Shown piece by piece: positions 19,623-28,155 of a stretch of DNA of 64,000 nucleotides. Numbering within the stretch: the first letter of the stretch is position 1; the number at the start of each line of letters is the position of its first letter. The translations under genes and the position numbers were made by a program. Origin of the DNA: Rhodobacter maris (GTDB taxonomy: Bacteria; Pseudomonadota; Alphaproteobacteria; Rhodobacterales; Rhodobacteraceae); assembly GCA_943369275.1 (NCBI GenBank), contig CALRMS020000014.1, positions 747-64,746 on the forward strand, written 5' to 3'. Under the pieces are notes generated by a model. It was not told the origin of the DNA. It was given only the letters and a program-made list of their open reading frames with translations, and made no database searches.

Positions 19623-20546
19623 GTGATGACAGCCCTATCCCCCACCCGCTCTGCCCTTTCGGCGAACCTGATCTGCATGGGCTCCATGCTGATCTGGGCC
19701 GCTGCCCTCCCCGCGGCAGAGGTGCTCATCCGCGCCGATCCCGCCCCCTTGCCGCCGGTCATCCTGAACGCCGCGCGGATGGTCATGGCAGCGCTGTTCC
19801 TTTTGCCGATCTGGTGGCTGGTCGAAGGGACAGATGCCCTGCGCCGCGCCAACTGGCCGCGCGGAATCATGGTGGGTTCGCTCCTCGCCCTAGGCGCGCT
19901 GCAACTGGTCTTTGGCCAGACCCGCACCTCGGCGGTGATGGCGGCGGTCGTATCGTCCGCCATGCCGCTGATCGGGATAACGCTGGAAATTTTCCTTGAT
20001 GGGCGGAAACTTACGCTGCAGATCGCGCTTGGCCTCCTGCTGTCTATCCTTGGCGGCATCCTCGCAGCAGGCAATTTCGACGGCGGCCTGTCCTTCGGGA
20101 TCGGGGCGCTTCTCTGCCTCGGCTCGGTCATCACCTTCACCCTCGCCTCACGCTGGACGGTCACCGCCCTGCCCGGCCTTACCCCCCTCGGCTCCACCAG
20201 CCTCACCGTCTGCGGCGCGGCACTGGCAGGCACGGCCTTCGCCCTGATCGGCGGTCTGTTCGGCCTGCCCGGCCCCAACCTTTCCGCCTTCGGCCTGACC
20301 GAATTCACCGCGCTTGCCATCTATGGCGTGGGTGGCCTTGCCATCAGCCAACTGCTGTGGATCATCGCCGTGGGCCGCCTCGGCATCGCAATGTCGGCGC
20401 TGCACATCAACCTTACGCCCTTTTACGTCATGGTGTTCATGCTGGCGTTGGGCGGCACCTGGAGCTGGATTCAGGCGCTCGGCGCGGCATTCGTCGCAAT
20501 CGGCGTGCTGGTTGCGCAAGGCCTGATCGCCCTGCCCCGGCGCTGA
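19623..20546 (+). CDS. DMT superfamily (EamA-like) transporter
   Basis: 307 aa with about ten hydrophobic helices in two halves, typical of EamA duplications. Confidence 0.72.
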   Translation: MMTALSPTRSALSANLICMGSMLIWAAALPAAEVLIRADPAPLPPVILNAARMVMAALFLLPIWWLVEGTDALRRANWPRGIMVGSLLALGALQLVFGQTRTSAVMAAVVSSAMPLIGITLEIFLDGRKLTLQIALGLLLSILGGILAAGNFDGGLSFGIGALLCLGSVITFTLASRWTVTALPGLTPLGSTSLTVCGAALAGTAFALIGGLFGLPGPNLSAFGLTEFTALAIYGVGGLAISQLLWIIAVGRLGIAMSALHINLTPFYVMVFMLALGGTWSWIQALGAAFVAIGVLVAQGLIALPRR

Positions 20547-20565
20547 ACCCATCAAGAACAAGATC

Positions 20566-21747
20566 ATGCAAGAGCTTCACCAATCCCCCACCGATCCCGC
20601 CTTCGTTCAGAACCCCTATCCGTTCTATGATCGCGCCCGCGCCTCCGGACCGTTCTTTCGCTGGGCGGATTACAACCTGACCTGCACACCCAACGCCTCG
20701 GCCGTGAACGCCATTCTGCGTGACCGCCGCTTTGGCCGCGAAGCGCCGCCCGAATGTGCGCCCGCCATCCCCGAACACCTGCGCCCCTTCTACGCGGTCG
20801 AGGCGCATTCGATGCTGGAGCTGGAACCGCCCCGCCACACCCGCCTGCGCAGCCTTGTCCTGCGTGCCTTCACCTCGCGCCGCATCGCCGCGCTGGGGCC
20901 GGAAATCGAACAGCTTTCGCACGATCTGATCGACGCCCTGCCCCCCGGCGAATTCGACCTGCTGCCGACCTTTGCGCAGAAACTGCCCGTCATCATCATT
21001 GCCCGCCTGCTGGGCGTGCCAGAGGCAATGTCAGACGACCTGCTGCGCTGGTCCAACGCGATGGTCGGCATGTACATGGCGAACCGCACCCGCGAAACCG
21101 AGGATCGCGCCATCGCCGCTACCGAAGCCTTCGTGGCCTTCCTGCGGGGCTACATCGCCGCCCGCCGCGCCGATCCGCGCGATGACCTTATCACCCATCT
21201 GATCGCAGCCGAAGCCGAAGGGGATCGGCTGTCCACCGACGAGTTGATCACCACTTGCATCCTGTTGCTCAATGCCGGGCATGAGGCGACGGTCCACACC
21301 ATCGGCAATGGTGTGAAAACGCTGCTGGAATCGAAAACGCCGGCAACCGCCCTTTCCCCGGAAAAGGTCGAGGCGACGGTGGAGGAAATCCTGCGCTTCG
21401 ATCCCGCGCTGCACATGTTCACCCGCTGGGCCTATGAGGAGGTAGAGGTGATGGGTCACCGCTTCCAGCGCGGCGATCAGGTCGCCTTGCTGCTGGCAGC
21501 CGCCAACCGCGACCCCGGCCAATGGGACCGCCCGGCGCAGTTCCTGCCCGACCGTCCTGCCAAACCCAACGCGACCTTTGGCGCAGGTCTGCACTTCTGC
21601 GTCGGCGCGCCCTTGGCCCGGCTGGAGCTGCAAATCGCCCTGCCGATCCTGTTCCAGCGCCTGCCAGACCTGCGCCTTGCGGCGCAGCCCGTCTATGCGG
21701 ATGTCTACCATTTCCACGGGCTTAAGGCGCTGCATCTGTCACGCTAG
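20566..21747 (+). CDS. cytochrome P450
   Basis: 393 aa. Heme-thiolate loop FGAGLHFCVGAPLA, EILRF (ExxR) motif and I-helix-like NAGHEAT. Confidence 0.88.
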   Translation: MQELHQSPTDPAFVQNPYPFYDRARASGPFFRWADYNLTCTPNASAVNAILRDRRFGREAPPECAPAIPEHLRPFYAVEAHSMLELEPPRHTRLRSLVLRAFTSRRIAALGPEIEQLSHDLIDALPPGEFDLLPTFAQKLPVIIIARLLGVPEAMSDDLLRWSNAMVGMYMANRTRETEDRAIAATEAFVAFLRGYIAARRADPRDDLITHLIAAEAEGDRLSTDELITTCILLLNAGHEATVHTIGNGVKTLLESKTPATALSPEKVEATVEEILRFDPALHMFTRWAYEEVEVMGHRFQRGDQVALLLAAANRDPGQWDRPAQFLPDRPAKPNATFGAGLHFCVGAPLARLELQIALPILFQRLPDLRLAAQPVYADVYHFHGLKALHLSR

Positions 21748-21765
21748 GGCGGGGCGCACCCCGCC
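21748..21765. terminator. GC hairpin between the convergent P450 and Lrp genes
   Basis: GGCGGGG-CGCA-CCCCGCC (7 bp stem) fills the 21-nt gap between the two stop codons. No U-tract. Confidence 0.45.
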
Positions 21766-21768
21766 AGC

Positions 21769-22230
21769 CTAGACGGGCAAGATTGTCGTCGCCTTGATTT
21801 CTTCCATGCTCAGCAACGCCGTCACGTTGTAAATCCGCACCTCGGATATCAGCGCCTGATAGAAGGTGTCATAGGCCCGCGCATTCTTGACACGCACCTT
21901 CAGGATATAGTCGATGTCGCCTGCCAGCCTGTGCGCCTCCAGCACTTCGGGCCGCTCGCGCAGGGCCTTCAGGAACTTGCGCTGCCAATCCGCCTCATGT
22001 TCACTGGTGCGGATCAGCACAAAGAAACAGGCCTCCAACCCCAACGCCTCGGGGTCCAGAATGGCGGTCTGCCGGGTGATGACGCCAGCCTCCTTCATCC
22101 GGCGGATGCGGTTCCAGACGGGGGTCTTGGAACTGCCCACCTTGCGCGCGATCTCATCCAGCGATTGCTCAGCATCGGCCTGCAGTTCCGCAAGGATTTT
22201 CCTATCCATCTCATCCAGCCGGACCGCCAT
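21769..22230 (-). CDS. Lrp/AsnC family transcriptional regulator
   Basis: 153 aa. N-terminal HTH (LDEMDRKILAELQADAEQSLDEIARKVGSSKTPVWNRIRRM) plus a C-terminal RAM/ACT-like domain. Confidence 0.88.
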   Translation of the reverse strand: MAVRLDEMDRKILAELQADAEQSLDEIARKVGSSKTPVWNRIRRMKEAGVITRQTAILDPEALGLEACFFVLIRTSEHEADWQRKFLKALRERPEVLEAHRLAGDIDYILKVRVKNARAYDTFYQALISEVRIYNVTALLSMEEIKATTILPV

Positions 22231-22367
22231 TCGCCAATTCCCCCGTTTCGCGGAAACACGTTCCGCCCATCCCCAGTATCAGAACAATCGTTCTTATCTG
22301 CAAGAGTGGCTGGCCCAAAACCGGGAAAATATCCTATATTCCCATCAGCCAATCCGGGATCGCCAGC

Positions 22368-23156
22368 ATGACCGACCTGCCCTATTTCGCCCCTGCCCCT
22401 GTCGCCGTTACCTTTGTGGGTGCCGGCCCCGGTGCCGCCGCGCATCTGACACTCGGCGCTTTCCGCGCCCTGCAACAGGCGGATGTGGTGATCCATGACC
22501 GTCTGGTGGGCGATGAGGTGATGGCGCTGATCCCGCCCCACGTCACCCGCATTGATGTGGGCAAGGAAGGTTTCGGTCCCACTACCGCCCAGACCACGAT
22601 CAACGCCACCCTTGTGGCGCAGGCCATGACCGGCGCGCGCATTGTGCGCCTCAAGGGCGGCGATTGCGGCATCTTCGGTCGCCTCGACGAAGAGATGGAC
22701 GCGCTGGAGGCCGCAGGCCTGTCCTTCGCCATCCTTCCCGGCCTCACCTCCGCCGCCGTGGCCGCAGCCAATATCGGCCAGAGCCTGACGAAACGTGGCC
22801 GCAACGGTGCCCTGCGCATCGTCACCGGGCATGACATGGAAGGGTTCGCCGAACAGGATTGGCGCGGCATGGCCCGCCCGGGCGAAGTGGCCGCCATCTA
22901 CATGGGCAAGAAATCCAGCCGCTTCATCCAGGGCCGCCTGATGATGCATGGCGCAGCCCCGGAAACCCCGGTGGCCATCGTGGAAAACGTCTCGCGCGGC
23001 AATCAGCGCGTGATCGCGGCAACTCTCGCCACCCTGCCCGACGCCGTGGCCCAAATGGCCGGTCCTGCCGTGCTGCTCTACGGCCTTGAACCGCGCCGCG
23101 CCCGCGCGGTCTTGCCCCAACTGAAGACGTCAGAATTGAAGGAAGCCACCGCATGA
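22368..23156 (+). CDS. cobA: uroporphyrinogen-III C-methyltransferase (siroheme branch)
   Basis: 262 aa. FVGAGPGAAAHLTL SAM-dependent tetrapyrrole methylase motif. Heads the sulfite reductase operon. Confidence 0.85.
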   Translation: MTDLPYFAPAPVAVTFVGAGPGAAAHLTLGAFRALQQADVVIHDRLVGDEVMALIPPHVTRIDVGKEGFGPTTAQTTINATLVAQAMTGARIVRLKGGDCGIFGRLDEEMDALEAAGLSFAILPGLTSAAVAAANIGQSLTKRGRNGALRIVTGHDMEGFAEQDWRGMARPGEVAAIYMGKKSSRFIQGRLMMHGAAPETPVAIVENVSRGNQRVIAATLATLPDAVAQMAGPAVLLYGLEPRRARAVLPQLKTSELKEATA

Positions 23157-23458
23157 GCCGCCGCTTCACCCCCAAGATCGTCACCGCCAACCGCCTGCGC
23201 GAAGGCGATGTGGTCTATCTGACCGCCGATGACCGTTGGTCGCCCTTCCACCACGAGGCCGAACTGATCGAGGATGAGGCGCATGCACAGATGCGCCTGC
23301 TGCACGCCGCAGCGCAAAAGCTGATTGTCGTGGGCGCCTATCTGGCCGATGCCAAGCCCGGACCGAACGGGCCGGAGCCAACCCATTTCCGTGAAGAATT
23401 CCGCACCCGTGGCCCGTCGAACTATAACCACGGCAAACAAGCCGACTACGCGAACTGA
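23153..23458 (+). CDS. DUF2849-like small protein associated with sulfite reductase
   Basis: 101 aa. ATGA-coupled to cobA and immediately upstream of cysI. The family call is from memory of the typical sequence (KIVTANRLREGDVVYL...). Confidence 0.65.
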   Translation: MSRRFTPKIVTANRLREGDVVYLTADDRWSPFHHEAELIEDEAHAQMRLLHAAAQKLIVVGAYLADAKPGPNGPEPTHFREEFRTRGPSNYNHGKQADYAN

Positions 23459-23468
23459 GGCAGCCAGA

Positions 23469-25139
23469 ATGTACAGCTATTCCGAATTCGATCAGGCTTT
23501 CGTCCGCGAACGCGTCGCACAATTCACGCAACAGGTGGAACGCCGCCTTGACGGGTCGCTGACCGAGGAAGAATTCCGCCCCCTGCGCCTGATGAATGGC
23601 CTCTACCTGCAACTCCACGCCTATATGCTGCGCGTGGCCATTCCCTATGGCACGATCAACCCGAACCAGATGCGCCAACTGGCCCATATAGCCCAGACGT
23701 GGGACAAGGGCTATGGCCACTTCACCACCCGCCAGAACATCCAGTACAACTGGCCGAAACTGGAAGACGTGCCGGCGATGCTGCAAGCGCTGGCAGATGT
23801 GGGCATGCATGCCATCCAGACATCGGGCAACTGCGTGCGCAACGTCACCGCCGACCATTTCGCCGGTGCCGCCGCGGATGAGATTGAAGATCCCCGCCCC
23901 GTGGCAGAACTGCTGCGCCAATGGTCCACCGACCACCCGGAATTTCAGTTCCTGCCCCGCAAGTTCAAGATCGCCATCACCGGATCGCCCAATGACCGCG
24001 CCGTGACCAAGGCGCATGACATCGGCCTGCGGATGGTCCGCAACGCGGCGGGCGAACCGGGGTTCGAGGTGATGGTCGGCGGCGGCCTTGGCCGCACGCC
24101 CATGATCGGCCATACGGTGCGGGATTTCCTGCCCAAGGCCGACCTGCTGCCCTATGTCGAGGCGGTCCTCAGCGTCTACAACACGCTGGGCCGGCGCGAC
24201 AACAAGTACAAAGCCCGCATCAAGATCACCGTGCATGAAACGGGTGCTGCGGAAATCACCCGGATGATCGAAGAACGGTTTGCCGAATTGCGCCCGCTGT
24301 TCGGCGGCAATGACCAGAAACTTCTGGCCGAGATTGAAGAGGCCTTCGCCCCCCCGGCCTTCCGTAACGCGCCGACCGATGCCTATGACGCCTTCCATAG
24401 CGCCGACCCGGTCTTCCGCGCCTGGGCTGATACGAACCTCGCCGCGCATCGCAACGCCCAATACGCCATCGTCACCATCAGCCTGAAAGCGCATGGCGAA
24501 ACCCCCGGCGACGCCACCGCCGATCAGATGCGCCTGATCGCGGATCTGGCCGAACGCTATGGCCATTCGGAAATCCGCATCAGCCACGAACAGAACGTGA
24601 TCCTGCCGCATGTCCACAAATCCGACCTGCCCGCTCTGCATGCCGCGCTGGTGCAGGCCGGGCTTGGCACCGCCAATGTCGGCCTGATCTCTGACATCAT
24701 CGCTTGCCCCGGCATGGATTACTGCGCGTTGGCCACCGCCCGCTCCATCCCCGTGGCACAACAGATCGCCACGCGGTTTGACGAACTGAAACTGGAACAC
24801 GACATCGGCCCGCTGAAGATCAAGATTTCGGGCTGCATCAACGCCTGCGGCCATCACCATGTGGGCCATATCGGCATCCTTGGCCTCGATCGCGCTGGGG
24901 TGGAAAACTACCAGATCACCCTGGGCGGCGACGGCACGGAAACCGCCGTCATTGGCGAAAAGACCGGCCCCGGCTTTGCCTATGACGAGATCGTTCCCGC
25001 CATCGAACGGATCGTGCGCGCCTATCTGTCCGTGCGGCAATCGCCCGAGGAAACCTTCCTTGAAACGTTCCGTCGGACGGGGATCGCGCCCTTCAAGGCC
25101 GCGCTCTATGATGAGGAAGGCGCGCAGGATGCCGCGTGA
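23469..25139 (+). CDS. cysI: assimilatory sulfite (nitrite/sulfite family) reductase hemoprotein
   Basis: 556 aa from ATG 23469. Siroheme/4Fe-4S cysteine cluster CPGMDYCALA ... SGCINACGHHHVGHIGILG. The track start at 23325 overlaps the DUF2849 gene. Confidence 0.86.
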   Translation: MYSYSEFDQAFVRERVAQFTQQVERRLDGSLTEEEFRPLRLMNGLYLQLHAYMLRVAIPYGTINPNQMRQLAHIAQTWDKGYGHFTTRQNIQYNWPKLEDVPAMLQALADVGMHAIQTSGNCVRNVTADHFAGAAADEIEDPRPVAELLRQWSTDHPEFQFLPRKFKIAITGSPNDRAVTKAHDIGLRMVRNAAGEPGFEVMVGGGLGRTPMIGHTVRDFLPKADLLPYVEAVLSVYNTLGRRDNKYKARIKITVHETGAAEITRMIEERFAELRPLFGGNDQKLLAEIEEAFAPPAFRNAPTDAYDAFHSADPVFRAWADTNLAAHRNAQYAIVTISLKAHGETPGDATADQMRLIADLAERYGHSEIRISHEQNVILPHVHKSDLPALHAALVQAGLGTANVGLISDIIACPGMDYCALATARSIPVAQQIATRFDELKLEHDIGPLKIKISGCINACGHHHVGHIGILGLDRAGVENYQITLGGDGTETAVIGEKTGPGFAYDEIVPAIERIVRAYLSVRQSPEETFLETFRRTGIAPFKAALYDEEGAQDAA

Positions 25140-25911
25140 CGCCAGCCTCACGCAAGGCCTGCACCAAGGCAGCGTCCTTGACCGTGTCGCCACCCTGAAC
25201 GCGCGCTACAAACACCACGGCGCGACCGCGGTGCTGGAACATGCGCTCAAGGATGACGACCTTGGCCGCGTGGCGTTGGTGTCATCCTTCGGGGCGGAAT
25301 CTGTGGTGCTCTTGCACCTCGTCTCGGTCATCGCGCCGGAAACGCCGGTCCTGTTCATCGACACGCGCATGCTGTTTCAGGAAACGCTGGATTACCAACG
25401 CGAACTGGCTGAAAAGCTGCACCTTTGCGATATCCGCACCATCCGCGCCAACCCCGCCCGCGTGAATTTCGAAGACCCGGACGGCACCCTGCACCAGTTC
25501 AACACCGATGCCTGCTGCGGCGTGCGCAAGGTGGAACCGCTGGAACGCGCCTTGTCGCAATTCGACGGCTGGATTACCGGCCGCAAGCGCTATCAGGGCA
25601 GTACCCGCCAGCAGGTCGATTTCTTCGAAGCCGAAGGCGACACCCGTATCAAGGTCAACCCGTTGGCCCATTGGGGCCGCGAAGATCTTGAAGAATACAT
25701 GATCGAAAACCGCCTGCCCCGGCATCCGCTGGTGGCCAAGGGTTACCCCTCCATCGGCTGCGCGCCCTGCACCAGCCCGGTCAAACCCGGTGAAGACCCC
25801 CGCTCGGGCCGCTGGCGCGGCAGCGCGAAAACCGAATGTGGCATCCACTTTATCGACGGCAAACCCGTTCGCGCCCCCGCCGATCACAGCACCAAGGAGA
25901 ACGCGGCATGA
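25129..25911 (+). CDS. cysH: (phospho)adenylyl-sulfate reductase, Fe-S (APS reductase) type
   Basis: 260 aa from ATG 25129, overlapping the cysI stop by 11 nt. ECGIH C-terminal motif plus CCGVRKVEPL and GCAPCT cysteine pairs. Confidence 0.88.
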   Translation: MPRDASLTQGLHQGSVLDRVATLNARYKHHGATAVLEHALKDDDLGRVALVSSFGAESVVLLHLVSVIAPETPVLFIDTRMLFQETLDYQRELAEKLHLCDIRTIRANPARVNFEDPDGTLHQFNTDACCGVRKVEPLERALSQFDGWITGRKRYQGSTRQQVDFFEAEGDTRIKVNPLAHWGREDLEEYMIENRLPRHPLVAKGYPSIGCAPCTSPVKPGEDPRSGRWRGSAKTECGIHFIDGKPVRAPADHSTKENAA

Positions 25912-26315
25912 CCGTGATCGTCACAGATACCGGCTTCGCCGCAGAAGACTGGAACGCCCCCTTCGCAACCCTGGCCGACCTGGCCGCCCATAAGGGCGCC
26001 GTGGACCTGTCCAACACCGACGACCCCGAGGCGCTGCGCCCCCATCTGGCCGAACTGGGCCTGATCCGCGTGGCCTTCCCCGCCTTCAACGATGGCCGCG
26101 CCTTCACCATCGCGCGCCGCCTGCGGATGATGGGCTATACGGGCCGCCTGCGCGCACAGGGCCATGTGATCGCGGATCAATACGCCATGGCCCGCCGCGT
26201 TGGGTTCGACGAGGTCGAGATCAGCGACGACCTGGCCGCCCGCCAGCCCGCTGCGCAATGGACCTTCCGGTCCGATTGGCAGGCGCATCACTATCAGGCC
26301 CGCCTGCGCGCCTGA
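25908..26315 (+). CDS. DUF934-like protein associated with sulfite reduction
   Basis: 135 aa from ATG 25908 (ATGA overlap with cysH). The family call is from memory of the typical sequence (FPAFNDGRAFTIARRLR...). Confidence 0.65.
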   Translation: MTVIVTDTGFAAEDWNAPFATLADLAAHKGAVDLSNTDDPEALRPHLAELGLIRVAFPAFNDGRAFTIARRLRMMGYTGRLRAQGHVIADQYAMARRVGFDEVEISDDLAARQPAAQWTFRSDWQAHHYQARLRA

Positions 26316-26391
26316 TCCTGCCCCCCACAGCCCGCGACAGCCCGCGCCCTTCCCCCGCCGCGCGCCTTCCTCTATTGCAGGAACCAGACCC

Positions 26392-27225
26392 ATGACCGAA
26401 CAGAGTGCCACGATGGACGCCCCCAACACCGCCCCGGCCAAGCCGCACCTGCCCGATGCCCAGACCGTGACGCAGGTCACCCACTGGACAGACCGGCTGT
26501 TTTCCTTCCGCGTCACCCGCCCGCGCTCGCTGCGTTTCAGGTCGGGCGAATTCGTGATGATCGGCCTTATGGGCGACAACGGCAAACCGCTCCTGCGCGC
26601 CTATTCCATCGCCTCCCCGGCTTGGGACGAGGAGTTGGAGTTCTACTCCATCAAGGTGCCCGACGGCCCCCTGACCTCGAAACTCCAGCATATTCAGCCG
26701 GGGGATGAGATCATCCTGCGCCCCAAACCCGTGGGAACGCTGGTCCATGACGCGCTTCTGCCCGGCAAACGGCTGTGGTTCCTGGCCACCGGTACCGGCC
26801 TTGCCCCCTTCGCATCCCTGATGCGAGAGCCTGAAACCTATGAGAAATACGATCAGATCATCATGATGCACACCTGCCGTGAGGTGGCCGAACTGGAATA
26901 CGGCCGCCAACTGGTGGAAAGCCTCAAGGATGATCCGCTGATCGGCGAATTGGTGGGTGACAAGCTTCTCTACTACCCCACCACCACGCGTGAGCCGTTC
27001 CACCACATGGGCCGCGTCACCGACAACCTCACCTCCGGCAAGGTCTTTGCTAATCTGGGTCTTCCACCCATGAACCGGGATGAGGACCGCGCGATGGTCT
27101 GCGGCAGCCTTGCCTTCAACATCGACGTGAAGAAGATCCTCGAAGATTTCGGCCTGACCGAAGGCGCAAACTCCGATCCGCAGCAATTCGTGGTCGAAAA
27201 GGCCTTCGTCGGCGACGGGATCTGA
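26392..27225 (+). CDS. fpr: ferredoxin/flavodoxin-NADP+ reductase (bacterial FPR type)
   Basis: 277 aa from ATG 26392. RAYSIAS FAD-binding motif and NAD(P)-binding GTGLAPF. Followed by a bidirectional terminator. Confidence 0.85.
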   Translation: MTEQSATMDAPNTAPAKPHLPDAQTVTQVTHWTDRLFSFRVTRPRSLRFRSGEFVMIGLMGDNGKPLLRAYSIASPAWDEELEFYSIKVPDGPLTSKLQHIQPGDEIILRPKPVGTLVHDALLPGKRLWFLATGTGLAPFASLMREPETYEKYDQIIMMHTCREVAELEYGRQLVESLKDDPLIGELVGDKLLYYPTTTREPFHHMGRVTDNLTSGKVFANLGLPPMNRDEDRAMVCGSLAFNIDVKKILEDFGLTEGANSDPQQFVVEKAFVGDGI

Positions 27226-27244
27226 TCCCCGGACTGTGGCAATC

Positions 27245-27279
27245 AAAAAGGCCGCGCCGGTCACCCCGCGCGGCCTTTG
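27245..27279. terminator. bidirectional terminator between fpr and the Ala/Glu-rich protein gene
   Basis: AAAAA-GGCCGCGC-(10 nt loop)-GCGCGGCC-TTT between convergent genes. Confidence 0.65.
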
Positions 27280-27370
27280 TCATTTCACCTTGGGTCAAAT
27301 ACCCCAACCACGGCCCCGCAGGGCACAGGTCCGGGCAAGGGCAGCATGCCGCCCCGCCCATTCCTGCGGA

Positions 27371-27922
27371 TCACAGACCCAGCGCTGCCTTCACCTGGTC
27401 GATGGCCGGCTGCACCAGCGCCGGGCTAGCTGCTGCCGCTTCCACAGCCGACTTCAGCGTGGTCTTGGTCGTGGCATCCAGCTGCGATGCATCGATCAGC
27501 GCCGAAATGCGCGCCGCATCAAAGTTCGCCGGGTCAAGTGCGGCAGCGGCTTCCGCCTGCACATCGCCCGCGCCTTCGGTCACGGCATCGGCAACCGCAC
27601 CGGCACCTTCGGTTACGGCCTCGGCCGCACCAGTTGCTGCTTCGCCTACGGCTTCAGCAGCGCCTTCGGCGGCTTCAGTCACAGCCTGTGCCGCAGCGGC
27701 GGCGGCGGCTTCTGCCTCGGCAGCGGCGGCAGCAGCGGCTTCCGCCTCAGCGGCGGCGGCGGCTTCTGCTTCTGCTGCGGCGGCAGCGGCGGCTTCTTCC
27801 GCAGCCTGCGCTGCGGCGGCGGCTTCTGCAGCCGCACGCTGTGCCGGAACATAGCTGAACTGGTAATAGCCAGCCCCAGCCAGAATGACGACCACAAGGC
27901 CGATCAGGACATTTCTGTTCAT
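27371..27922 (-). CDS. membrane-anchored Ala/Glu-rich repeat protein (function unknown)
   Basis: 183 aa from ATG 27922. One N-terminal TM helix (VLIGLVVVILAGAGYY), about 50 aa of AEAEAAAAA-type low complexity, then a non-repetitive C-terminal domain. Codon choice is consistent with this strand; the opposite-frame ORFs are Ser/Ala or Arg/Pro junk. Confidence 0.55.
   Translation of the reverse strand: MNRNVLIGLVVVILAGAGYYQFSYVPAQRAAAEAAAAAQAAEEAAAAAAAEAEAAAAAEAEAAAAAAAEAEAAAAAAAQAVTEAAEGAAEAVGEAATGAAEAVTEGAGAVADAVTEGAGDVQAEAAAALDPANFDAARISALIDASQLDATTKTTLKSAVEAAAASPALVQPAIDQVKAALGL
27680..27835. repeat. GCN/GAR low-complexity tract encoding (AEAEAAAAA)n in the small Ala/Glu-rich protein gene
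   Basis: About 50 codons of the same Ala/Glu periodic pattern as 33226-33645. Boundaries approximate. Confidence 0.75.
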
Positions 27923-28090
27923 CGTCTGTCTCCCATTGCCGGAGCCTACTCCGGTTGTAGCGCCCATATGGACCCTCCACCGCCGGATTTGAACCCCCCT
28001 TGGCCTGATCCTCGCCCAACTCTGGTCCGATCCTGCCGCATTTCGCGCCCGTGCCCCCCCGCTTTAGCATTGCGCGCCAAGCGATTCCCG

Positions 28091-28119
28091 TTGAAACAGC
28101 GCCCGCTGCCGATTAGATT
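28091..28119 (+). promoter_or_regulatory. candidate sigma-70-type promoter for infC
   Basis: TTGAAA (28091-28096), 17-nt spacer, TAGATT (28114-28119), about 35 nt upstream of the proposed ATA start. Confidence 0.4.
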
Positions 28120-28155
28120 GCGCGCGCAGACCGAAACCGCAGAAGGACCACCACC

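Noticed and set aside
23181-25193. 670-aa minus-strand ORF opposite cysI
   Set aside because: Antisense to the sulfite reductase hemoprotein, which carries the diagnostic siroheme/Fe-S cysteine cluster. The ORF has Arg/Gly/Ala-rich junk composition.
27402-27858. Plus-strand 150-aa and 123-aa ORFs opposite the small Ala/Glu-rich protein gene
   Set aside because: Same repeat-derived artefact (poly Ala/Ser or Arg/Leu/Pro). The minus-strand frame has a TM anchor and a non-repetitive C-terminal domain. The real gene itself remains only moderately supported.
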